The notes under the pieces are model-generated. The model was not told the origin of the DNA. It ran no database searches and was given only the letters and a program-made list of their open reading frames with translations. Both the position numbers and the translations under genes were made by a program. Below are positions 22,361 through 34,064 of a stretch of DNA of 64,000 nucleotides, piece after piece; the first letter of the stretch is position 1; every line of letters starts with the position of its first letter. Source of the stretch: Chiloscyllium plagiosum (taxonomy: Eukaryota); the NCBI RefSeq assembly GCF_004010195.1, contig NC_057718.1:101730112-101794111 (forward strand). Direction: 5' to 3'.

Positions 22361-25300
22361 AAATGAATAAAAACTGTTCCAATGACTCTTCCCCTTTGAA
22401 TGCACCAGAATGAATCTTCCAGAATCTTTAGATAGCTGCAAGGGTGTGTTACTTCACCTAGAGATCACCACCTTCATCTATCTGGCTGTGGTAGCTCAAA
22501 AGATCAAGCAGCAACTTCCATCTCCTGGCTGCACAGAACTGCAGTCTATCTGGGGCATTGATTTATAGCTAAGCCTGTCACCTGAGTCAAACATGGCTGC
22601 TTCTGCACTCTTTCCTATAGCAACATCGAACATATTAGACTTGCATCTAGATAGAAATTCTGATAGCTATCTAGACTTCAGCTTTGAAGTAAACTGACAA
22701 TTTACATCACAACAATTTTCAGCCTGATATTTCCAATAGTTTTCTGGGACTTTGAGAGACTCGGGAGTTGACCACTCACTGTGAGTATAAGACCATCAGT
22801 TCTGAAGAAGAGTCACAAATAATTAACTCTGCTTTCTCTCCATAGTTGCTAGTTTCTCTAGCAATTTCTGTTTTTGTTTCAGATCTTCAGCATCTGCAGT
22901 CCTTCATTTTAGCAAACTTAAGGACACTGCTGCCATTGTGATTAACCACAAACACCTTACAGCACTGCCCTGGAACACAATGTGGGCATCCCTTCAATGT
23001 TAACCAACCAGGACATGTTGTCAAGCAGATTTCAGGTGGTCACATGATCTCCCTTCCCTTTAACTTAAAATGAAAGACAGCTTGAAAACATAACATCGGA
23101 TAGCTCATTTTGATTCCCCAACTGAGGGGTTCAAAAAAATATAATAGTAATCGAAGTTTCTTGTGGCAACTAGAGGAGTCCTTGATTTCAGCCCAATCAA
23201 TCCAATAGCACAAAGGTCACCAATGAAACGGCAGTAAAAACAAGGAAGGATATCCATCCTATGTGAAGGAATCTGGAACAATGAGGAAGGGTGTTTGCTC
23301 ATTTTGGTTTGCAGAATTGGATTGATGAGGAAGAAGAAAAGGGATGAAATGCACAGATCCCATCTATAGAAAAAAAATGGTGTACTCTTGAGAGTTCATA
23401 TATGATTTGACCACACCCTTTGTGGATAAATCACAGGCAAATATTACAAAATATAACTGAGGTTTCTGCAATCTGATTAAGTGCTCTGCCTACATTTACT
23501 GCATGCACAATGGGTGGTTATTCTTGGCACATTATTTAAGTCTCATACTTTGCCAGGCTACTGGGGCTTTAGTGACTGAACACCTATTTTATCCTTATGA
23601 AGAAAGAAAACCCACAAACTGAGTGAACTCATATTGGGATCTTTAGCTGGGTAAAGAAAATTGTTGCAGAGAATCCCCTTGAGACAAGGATTGAGAATTA
23701 CAAGAAAAAACAATTAAGAGAGAAATACACTACACTGTTTTTCCAATATGTGATGTACTGTGCCAAAGACATTTTGGTTATTATTGTTTGCACTGTACAT
23801 AATGGCCTGACTCTTCCCAAAGGGATGAGAGAGAAAAGAAAGCAATCAGCAGAGTTACACTGATCCACTCAGTCACCACAATATAATATGATGTGTTTGG
23901 CCCTTGGTTCATAAAGAATGATACATTGCAATTGACAACTTGTCTACAGCTGTTGTACACACCTTACATCACTTGGTCAGAGTAATTCCATACAAGAATT
24001 ACTAAATAGATGCACATGTTCCTGGCACTGTACATCAAAGAATGATGATAGATTCTCCTGTCTCTTGAGTGAATGAGTGTTCAGTAAAAAGGAGAAGAAT
24101 AACAAGACAACTTTACAGTCTAATCTGATGTCGTCGCTTGTATGACATTAGGCCACGTCTCAATTTACTCAACCGATTGCAAATACTGCACAAGCCGTCA
24201 GTGTTGGGGAGGCCAGGGCTTTGCACCTTGGTTGTTTGTCCTGAAGACTGTAGACTCTGTTTCGAGTATCAAATTCGCTTTTCCAATTAGGTCTGCTCAA
24301 AATTCTTTGTTCCGCTGATATACTGGGATCCAGTGTGCAAGCTCCAAGACTTCCTCTGAGATTGTCTTGCTATCCAAGTTTGGGATGTCCTGCTGTTTGA
24401 GTTTCTGTGTTTAGCTGGTTGTAGAGTACTGCCCTTAGTGTCCAAGCATGCTCCTTGACAGACCCAGTAAAGCTGAGCTCTGATTGGAGTATGTTGCACT
24501 CTGCATGAACAAAGGCAGAAAGAGATCATCTGGTTCATGAAACCTGACCATCGTAACAATGGACAGGTCAATATGGCCAAATACTTCACCCGTACCACAC
24601 CCCCACCCCGTTGAGTATTCCATGGACTCTTCATTCTGTAACTTTGTCAAATAGCTAAGCAAACATTATAGGCCAATTGCATTATTTCTCAATATATCTC
24701 TTTTTCTGACTGGTATGTTGATTGTACAGTGTTTCATACAGAATGATTCTTTCAACATAATGGAGTATACTTACAATAATGTCTCAGTTAAACTGACAAC
24801 CTGCTACTCATTTGCAAATTACTATCCTTGCTTCATTCTTGATGTAACAAACATTTAACAGTGAAATGCTGGAGAGCAATTTTCTGAACTATTAGCAGAA
24901 CTCCTGTGGTGTTGACGTGAGTCCTGTGGAGACCATAGCACAGATGTGATGTTGCAATTGTTTTCCTAAGGCCATTGTTCTAGTAGTCACTATGGTAATC
25001 CAGGCTATTACAGATCCTTGCAAATTGATATCAATTAGGTTTTTCATTCATTTTAAATTGGTCATAAGAATCCAGGATAAAACATCCACAAGTTTGTTCC
25101 ATCTTAAGATGCATGTTTGTAAATATGTAAAAACGTGACACCTGTGACCTGACAACCAGGGCTGGATCCTAAGCAGCCCATATCTGCAGGAAACATAGCA
25201 ACTTAATAGCAGAAGAGGCTGCATAGCTATTTTCTAATCTATCTGCTCCAAGATGTTATTATACACCTCTGGAACAGGGGGACTTGAACTAGAGACTCCT

Positions 25301-25924
25301 GGCTCGCATGTATAGATACTACCACTATCTCATAAGCTCCCAGAGAGGTCACATATCAGTTTCTCTCCAATTCAGAGGCAGGAAGGAACCCATGTCAGAA
25401 AATCACCTGTTCACCATATGTCATTAATGAGCCAATTGACATCAATGATCCAGGGCCTAATGGAATTCAGTGGCAGCTCAGGAATGAGTCTGGCTCTCAA
25501 CATGGGTGCTGGGGAAAAATAAGCACTACCACAGTCAGGTGGTTATGTGGGGAAAAGAAAAAAAAAATAAACAGGAGTGTCGGGGTTCTGTTCACTCTGA
25601 GAAAAGGAAAAAAAAAAGGAGTGTTAGATATCCTGTTCACTCTAAAAAACAAAGTCTGGCTCTCCAATAGTTCCCCTGTTCAGCAAGCCCAGTCAGGATT
25701 GTCTGCTCTCTTTGGTTTTGGCAAGGGACGGGTTGCTGATTCAAATGCATTTACAGTTGGGCTGAGGGTCCCAGCATCTCGGCGAGGGGATGGCCATTGA
25801 AAGCTACTCCCTTGCCCTTTCTGTTCTGTGACTCTGACCCCATTCTCCAGAACAGCCACATCCCAGTTTAGCTCTCAGTGTCTGACTGGCCAGCTGCTCT
25901 GTGGCTGGGAGTGGCAGGACTTCT

Positions 25925-26230
25925 ATCCCTGGTCAGTGAGTCTAGAACCAGGAGACAGTGTCCCAGATGAAGGAACAGGTCATTTAAGACCAAGGTGAAG
26001 AGGGATTATTTCACTCAGAAGGTGGTGTTACTCTACCTCAAGGGGGCAATGGAAGCTCAGTAACTGAGCATGTTGAAGACACATCAACACACGTTTGGAA
26101 ATGAATGATAGAAGGAGATGCAAAAAATAGGGAAAAGTTGCATTGAGGTAGATGATCAGCTATGATCTGGATGAATGGTGAAACAGTCTTTGATGTGCTA
26201 AATAGCCTATTGTCATTCCCATGTATCTCC
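25925..26230 (+). mobile_element. Old CR1 3' fragment
   Basis: gagtctagaaccaggagacag...ttcactcagaaggtggtg...gatgatcagctatgatctggatgaatggtg. Confidence 0.65.
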
Positions 26231-27176
26231 ACTTGCACAAGGAACTCTTAATCAATCACATGAGGCTGAAGATTTCCTGAATTGCATTTTCTAAGAGTTA
26301 GTAACCTTGCAGTCAAAGCAAATTAGTGAAGGAAGATAGGAGAACCTCCAACACAACACTGAATTACACTGACAGTGACAGCTACTCAATAAGGGAAACC
26401 ATCGTGAAGCAAGTGATGGCTACAAGTTGCTGCATTGCAGTAGTTCAGATGATATTGAAGCCCTGATTGTGCATCACCTTCTGAGTGCTGCAGGAAAGAA
26501 ACGTAAAAGTGAGCAAAGTCTTGAGATGGGAAAGAAATCCATCAGTACTTTTGGATCATGTAACAACTGAGGAAACAAAGGAAAAGAATTGGAATCTGAC
26601 AAACTAATTTTGTGGATTCCAGTGTCATTTCCATCCAGAATACTTATGTGATCGTGCTTGGTCAGGTAAAATATGAAATGAGGCACACTGATATGCAGAT
26701 GCAGTGATTATAGGAAATAGCACTTTCGCGAAGCATAGGAAATTGCTTTTGACAATTCATGTAATTTTTTTTCCAAAAAGCAATCAGCTTAGCATTGCCA
26801 TTAAATAATGTTTGAAAAACATTTATTCGAACTGACAAAATGAAATGACGATCAGGAGTTGCTGCTACGTAATTGGTTGAGTCTGTTGACAAGATTGCAC
26901 ATGATATGAAACAAAATTCTGATTTTGAATTGTGTTCATCTTTTTATTTTTGCAAATCATTACAAGACAAACCTCCATAATGATACAGACACATCATATA
27001 GTCATACAGCACAGAAACAGACCCTATGGTCCAATTCATCTGTGCTGACCAGACATCCCATTCTGACCCTAGTCCCATTTGCCAGCATTTGGCCCATATC
27101 CCTCTAAACCCTTCCTATTCATACACCCATCCAGATGCCTTTTGAATGCTGTAATTGTAGCCGGTTCCACGACTTC

Positions 27177-27509
27177 ATAGAACATAGAACAGTACAGCAC
27201 AGAACAGGCCCTTCGCCCACAATGTTGTGCCGACCATTGATCCTCATGTGAGGTAAACCTAATGTACAAACTCTCAAATTTCTGTGACCATATGCATATC
27301 CAGCAGTCTCTTAAAATATCCCCAATGACCTCGCTTCCACAACTGCTGCTGGCAATGCATTCCATGCTCTCACAACTCTCTGCGTAAAGAACCCGCCTCT
27401 GACATCCCCTCTATACTTTCCGCCAAACAGCTTAAAACTATGACCCCTCGTGTTAACAATTTCTGCCCTGGAAAAATGTTTCTGGCTATTAACTCTATCT
27501 ATGCCTCTC
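27177..27509 (-). mobile_element. CR1 3' end (another subfamily, (TTCTATG)n tail) nested in CR1, 5-bp TSD ACTTC
   Basis: atagaacatagaacagtacagcac tail; acttc at 27172-27176 and 27510-27514. Confidence 0.85.
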
Positions 27510-27704
27510 ACTTCCTCAATCCATACACGCACCATCCTATGCCCTCTACCTTTGGATTCCCTTAACCTCAGAAAAAACCTTGGCTATTCACCTAATTCAT
27601 GTCCCTCATGATTTTATAAACCTCTATAAGGTCACTCTCAGCCTCTGATGCTTCATGTGAAAAAAGCCCCAGCCTATTCAACCTCTCCCTGTAGCTCAAA
27701 CCAC

Positions 27705-27915
27705 TTTGTTCTGCTATAATGTGAGTTTTGTTAATGCTATTGATGAACTGGGGACGTCGTTTCGAAAGTGTGAACTTTTAATAAGTGTTGGCTGTAATGC
27801 GATTACATCGTCAACACTTTAAGCACTGTTTCGTAAGTGCGATTTTTCTATAACATTCTTGTGTTCCTCTATAACACAAGAATGCAACTGTCAATGTATA
27901 GAAGAACTATCTGCA
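27705..27915. mobile_element. Tc1/mariner (Tigger-like) MITE
   Basis: gttctgctataat...tatagaagaactatctg termini; body homologous to 39363-39582. Confidence 0.6.
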
Positions 27916-29181
27916 TTCTAAACGTGGCCTCACCAATGTCCTATAAAGCCGCAACATGACATCTCAACTACTGTACTCAATGTTCTGACCAATGAAGACA
28001 AGCGTGCCAACTGCCTTCTTTACCACCCTGTCTACCTGCGACTCCACTTTCAAAGAACTATAAACCTGCACCCCTAGGTCTCTCTGTTTGGAAACAATGC
28101 CCAAGACCCTACCATTAATTGTAGAAGTCCTGCCCTGGTTTGCCATACCAAAATGGAACATCTCACATTTATTGATATTAAATTCCATCCGCCACTCCTT
28201 GGCCCATTGGCCCATCTTATAAATGTCCCATTGCACTGAGATAATCATCTTCACTGTCTACTACCCCCCAATTTTGGTATCATTTGCAAACTTATTGACC
28301 ATACCTCCTATATTCACATCTAAATCATTTGTATAAATGAAGAAACGCAGTGGACCCAGAACCGATCCTTGTATATAATCAAAGAGTAAATTTTTCTAGA
28401 TTTTAGCATACTTCTATCAAGCAAAGGGAACATTATAAAGAACATTCTAATATCTGTGCATTAGAAGCATTCCAAAGATTAAAGACATTTTTGTAACAGA
28501 TATTTTAATAGGAGCCTTTGATAAATTGATATAATGCTCAATTTATTAATTCATACAAAGTCCTCAGAATGTCCCACAGAAGAAATTTCATGCAAATATT
28601 AATTGAATTTCCTGGCTTTGAGAGCAGAGGCAAAACAAAAAGGATGTCAATATTAATTTATCTTAAATTAACGCCCCAGGTAAAACCTCTATGTAAGTAT
28701 TTTATGTTTTCTCTCTTTCAGATACAAGACTAAACCAGATGGGGAAAATATGTAACAAGATAAACACAGTGTACTCAAACTAAGAACTAGCAACCCAAGT
28801 AAAATTATTCTCAATTTAACTAATATACTGTACTGGTCTTTATTTCAAACAGATGCTTCTTTGACCTCCTCCACCACAACCCTGTATATATAGAGCAAGG
28901 TTTAGTATTAAATTGAAAAAAATAAAAAGTTGCATGTTTCTATGGAAAATATTCCTCCAAATTTATTTAGAATCAATGTGTCACCCTTCCATCAGCACAC
29001 AACTAAATTTTCACAACATAATGTTTTATTGTTTAATTAATAAATAAATACTTACCATTTTGGGTTACTGTTGCCACTGAAGTCATTTCAGGTCATACAC
29101 AGAAATTTCACATGAATCTCCAAGTGAAATCACCAATTTTCTGTTATGCAAGATTGTCAAGAGAGGTTAAGATGATTTGGA

Positions 29182-29849
29182 TGGGAGAATAAGAGGTATA
29201 GTTAGTAAGTCTACAGATGACACCAAAATTGGAGATGTAGTGGACAGGGTTACCTCAGATTACAACAGAATCTTGATCAGATGGGCCAATGGGCTGAGAA
29301 GTGACAGATGGAGTTTAATTCAGATAAATGCTGTATTTTGGGAAATCAAATCTTAGCAGGACTTATACACTTAATGGTAAGGTCCTGGGGAGTGTTGCTG
29401 AACAAAGAGACCTTGGAGTGCAGGTTCATAGCTCCTTGAAAGTGGAGTCGCAGGTAGATAGGATGGTGAAAAAGGCGTTTGGTATGCTTTCCTTTATTGG
29501 TCAGCNNNNNNNNNNNNNNNNNNNNNNNNNNNNNNNNNNTTTTCCCTGGGGTGGGGGAGTCCAGAACTAGAGGGCATAGGTTTAGGGTGAGAGGGGAAAG
29601 ATATAAAAGAGGGGCAACTTTTTCACACAGAGGGTGGTACGTGTATGGAATGAGCTGCCAGAGGAAGTGGTGGAGGCTGGTACAATTGCAACATTTAAAA
29701 GGCATCTGGGTGGATATATGGATAGGAAGGGTTTGGAGGGATATGGGCCAAGTGCTGGCAGGTGGGACTAGATTGGGTTGCGATATTTGGTCGGCATGGG
29801 TGAGTTGGACCAAAGGGTCTGTTTCTGTGCTGTACATCTCTATGACTCT
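29182..29849 (+). mobile_element. CR1 LINE 3' part (N-gap 29506-29539)
   Basis: acagatgacaccaaaattgg (DDTKIG); RDLGVQVHSSLKV; tatgactc tail. Confidence 0.9.
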
Positions 29850-30197
29850 GAGAAATTTGCACATGAAGCATTGACCCAAGCTTTATTTGTTGTAATCCAT
29901 TTAACTGAATCCAGTCAACTGAAATCACGTTCGTAAAAAATATTTTAAAAACACAGTGTGCAAGATGTCACAGTTCACAATCAGGCAACCAATCAGCAAA
30001 AATGTGTATTCAAACTGATGATTAAGGAACTTCCTTACAAGCATCTTTTCTTACTGAATGCAAATCTTAACTCCTTAGATTTCAACTGTAAGCACATGGG
30101 AAGCATAGCATCATCATGCAAAGTACATGTATACAATGCCAAAGGATTTTCTGTTGTGCACTTTGACTTCTTTCATGGGATATAGTTGCCAACTGCA

Positions 30198-30530
30198 CGG
30201 GCCAGCATTTGTCATCCCTCCATAAAAACGGTTCAACTAAGTGGCTTGTTCGACCATTTTAGAGAAAGGGCAGTTAATAGTCTGGAATCACATGCAAGGT
30301 CCAATAATGATAGTAGATTTCCTTCTCTAAAAGGACATTGATAAAACCATCTGGTTCATTAATCATTAATGATTGTTTCATGGTCACCATTATTGAGACG
30401 AGCTTTACATTCCTGACTCTTATTAACTAATTTCTAACTTCACCATCTGCCACAGTGAGATCTGAACCAACGCCCCAGAGCATTTTTCTGACCCTTTGGA
30501 TTACTGGTTCAGTGATATTACCATTGTGCC
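30198..30530 (-). mobile_element. Old tRNA-derived SINE (non-HE1 shark family)
   Basis: Minus strand starts ggcacaatggtaatatcactgaaccagtaatccaaagg...gttcagatctcactgtggcagatggtgaa and ends ggatgacaaatgctggcc, a tail also seen at ~1765-1870, 11385-11550 and 46028-46125. Confidence 0.55.
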
Positions 30531-31177
30531 CAAAAATGCTGGTCAGGTTACATGCATCTGAGATACATCAACTCTGGGTGTCTTGGGATCACGGGTGTCA
30601 CAGAACAAAAGGCAAAGGGAGTGGTGATGTATGTAGGAAAGAGATGTCACAATACGAACTCGCTCCACAGATTTGTCAGACCTGCTGAGTTCCTTCTCAC
30701 TGTATTTGTATCAGCTCTGCTCTGTTGCTTCAACTCAGCTAATGGGGTGTAACTCTACTTTATTACTTCCTCCTTATTGTCTTAACTATGCATTGCCTCT
30801 AAATTCAGTTAAGAGGCTGGTTAGCCGCTAAGCTTCATGTCGTTAGAAGAAAAAAAGTGCTTTCCACAGTTTGCATGGAAGACTCCAAATGCACACTAAG
30901 TATGTTCTTGCATTTAGGATTAGGGCAGATTGGGTGTGGAAGATTCAGGCCAATAAGTAGAGGACCTAGTTCCCTAACGCAACAGTGGCACTCATGTATC
31001 ATCAGTTCCAAAGCTTACATTGATTAAAACCATTCGCTGTTAATAGCTCACAAATGTAGGGGAACTTGGTCAAATCATACTGCTGTAGAGCCTGTATTTC
31101 TGTTCTGAGAATTGTTTACTTTGTTAAAACACACAAACTATACAGAGTGTGATAAATTCCCTGGGAGAAAAAAAACT

Positions 31178-31986
31178 ATAAGACCATAAGACATAGGAGC
31201 GGAAGTAAGGCCATTCGGCCCATCGAGTCCACTCCGCCATTCAATCATAGCTGATGGGCATTTCAACTCCACTTACCCGCATTCTCCCCGTAGCCCTTAA
31301 TTCCTTGTGACATCAAGAATTTATCAATTTCTGCCTTGAAGACATTTGGCATCCCAGCCTCCACTGCACTCTGCGGCAATGAATACCACAGGCCCACCAC
31401 TCTCTGGTTGAAGAAATGTCTCCGCATTTCTGTTCTGAATTTACCCCCTCTAATTCTAAGGCTGTGTCCACGGGTCCTAGTCTCCTCGCCTAGCGGAAAT
31501 AATTTCCTAGCGTCCACCCTCTCCAAGCCATGTATTATCTTGTAAGTTTCTATTAGATCTCCCCTTAATCTTCTAAACTCCAATGAATACAATCCCAGGA
31601 TCCTCAGCCGTTCCTCATATGTTAGACCTACCATTCCAGGGATCATCCGTGTGAATCTCCGCTGGACATGCTCCAGTGTCAGTATGTCCCTCCTGAGGTG
31701 TGCGGACCAAAACTGGACACAGTACTCCAAATGGGGCCTAACCAGAGCTTTATAAAGTCTCAGTAGCACAACAGTGCTATTATATTCCAACCCTCTTGAG
31801 ATAATTGACAACATTGCATTCGCTTCCTTAATCACGGACTCAACCTGCATGTTTACCTTTAGAGAATCCTCAACTAGCACTCCCAGATCCCTCTGTACTT
31901 TGGCTTTACAAATTTTTTCACCATTTAGAAAGTAGTCCATGCTTGTATTCTTTTTTCCAAAGTGCAAGACCTCGCATTTGCTCACA
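31178..31986 (-). mobile_element. Young CR1 LINE 3' part with uninterrupted ORF2 C-terminus
   Basis: ORF 31263..32117: from KCEVLHFG to the stop is open (~240 aa); the N-terminal ~45 aa are flanking DNA; tail (TATGGTCT)-like at 31178. Confidence 0.93.
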
Positions 31987-33277
31987 GCAGTATTAATCAT
32001 TCTCTGTTCAAGGTGAAGCAGGTTTAAACTCATTCCGTTGGTGGAGGAAGCATATCTAAATGCAGAAAGTGCCAGGTTCAATGTCAGGGAAGTGACATTG
32101 GAGGAAATGCCTGCCACATTTGGACTTTTCTGGAGTAAATAGAAGAAAGGCTATTCAGTGCCTGCATGCAGAAGCAACCAATGTTTTGACTCCCAACTGG
32201 TATCCATAAGAGTATATGCAGGGGGGCACGGGGGGAGTGGAAGGTGCGGGTGTATGTGACAAAGACGGCGGTGGGGGGATGAAGGAGAGGAGATCAGGAT
32301 TAACTAAAACAGCTGCATGGTTGGATAGCTTATTATTAATGCTGACAAAAGAGCAGCAGCCACTTGGCAGAACACCATCACCAACAAACCCTGGAGCTAT
32401 ACCAACAAGGAGGAAGAAGAAAAATGTAGAAAAAGAAAGTAATTTTGATTTTAAATAAAGCAAAATAAAAACAAAGAATTTAATTCTAATTAAAAAAATG
32501 TTCTGAACCTTTTATTTGAAAAAAATACTCCTGTACACAACAGCTACAACCATTTTGCACGGCAATTAAAACTCAAACCAAGAAAACTTGTATTGTCAAT
32601 GATGGGGCAAATAAAGACAAAAAATAGTTTCCACTGTGAAATGGAAAAAGGGACAAAAAATATTATTTGATGGAACGAGAGGTACTTTTGAACTGTAACA
32701 TAATGACATGTACAAGAGAATGTTTGTTCGGAGGTTGGCATACCACAAAGCTAATTGCTAGAGCAACTGAACTGATCTGGCTCACTGTTCTCACTGAGCA
32801 TGAGTCTTCAGCACAATTACTTTCCTGTTGCCTAGATAGAGTAGATGCAGGCCACAACTGACCTTTGATGGCACAGGGTTCTGGCTACATTCTTTAGCCT
32901 CCTGTGGTTAACCTCCAAAAAACAAGGTGTTATCTTCAACAAAGAGATTGCATTTTGTCAGATTAACAATTCAACAAGCTGCACCAAATCACCGACGCAC
33001 TCCTGCATTTTATACATCACAGCTCTATTTCAGAAACAATTACTGTTCTCAATTATTCATAAATGTACATGACACAATAAATTCTGGGTCTGATCGGGTC
33101 CAAAGACAATAGAAACTTTTTTTTTAAAACTCAAGCTGTGTGATTCAGTAATTAAAATATTCTGTAAATATAGTAAAATTTTACAGCACAGATAATGAAT
33201 TGCACAAACAAAGACAGGGGATGCTAGACAGCATGTGTGAATCCCACATTGTGATTTGATCAGTTTTTTTGGGTATT

Positions 33278-33582
33278 GCACGGTGGCACAGCGGTTAGCA
33301 CTGCTGCCTCACAGTGCCAGGGACCCAGGTTCAATTCCCGCCTTGGGCAACTGTCTGTGTGGAGTTTGCACATTCTCCCCGTGTCTGTGTGGGTTTCCTC
33401 CGGCTTCTTCCCACAGTCATAAAGATGTGCAGGTCAAGTGAATTGGCCATGCTAAATTGCCCATAGTGTTAAGTGAAGGGGTAAATGTTGGGGAACGGGT
33501 CTGTGTGGGTTGCCCTTCGGAGGGTCGGTGTATACTTGTTGGGCCGAAGGGCCTATTTCCACACTGTAAGTAATCTAATCTA
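33278..33582 (+). mobile_element. HE1 SINE
   Basis: gcacggtggcacagcggttagcactgctgcc...acactgtaagtaatctaatcta. Confidence 0.92.
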
Positions 33583-33719
33583 GAAAGTAAATCTTCTGGT
33601 GGTCAAATACAAAATACTGTTTGGGATAAAAAGTAGTTAAGATTTCCAGCAGACTGTAGGTGGAACACAAACAATTAAAATTGTTTTCTTGTGCTTTATT
33701 TCAATTGTCATTCAGAACA

Positions 33720-34062
33720 GGCGCTATGAACATTTGAACAAATGATTTAGCTTTGGACTTGAATGTGGGGAGATTGATCCGTAGGTTTGTGGATGGTATG
33801 AAAATTGGTGGGGTGGTAAATGGTGAAGAGGACCATTAACACTAAAGGAGGACAGAGTCAGACTGGTCAGATGGCGTGATCAGCAACAATTGTAATTCAA
33901 TCCAGATATGATGCACTTGAACAGGAGAAACAAGGCAAGGGAACACATGAAGAACAGTAAGGCCCTGGGAAGTACAAAGGATCAGAGGGACCTCAATGTG
34001 CACGTCCATTGGACCCTTAAGGTGGCAGGACAGATAGATAAAGTGGTCAAATCATGATATGG
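33720..34062 (+). mobile_element. Old CR1 RT fragment
   Basis: aggtttgtggatggtatgaaaattggtgg (decayed KFADDTKIG)...cagagggacctcaatgtgcacgtccat. Confidence 0.65.
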
Positions 34063-34064
34063 GA

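Larger units (their letters stand above)
26998..28372 (-). mobile_element. CR1 LINE 3' part hosting a nested CR1 and a MITE
   Basis: ORF 27964..28254 WAKEWRMEFNINKCEMFHFG...RDLGVQVYSSLKV; KFANDT-like RT motif near 28280; tail near 27000. Confidence 0.88.

Noticed and set aside
31263..32117. Longest ORF (284 aa) as a host gene or domesticated protein
   Set aside because: It is the CR1 ORF2 C-terminus read through from unrelated flanking DNA, with a non-ATG start and no RT catalytic core.
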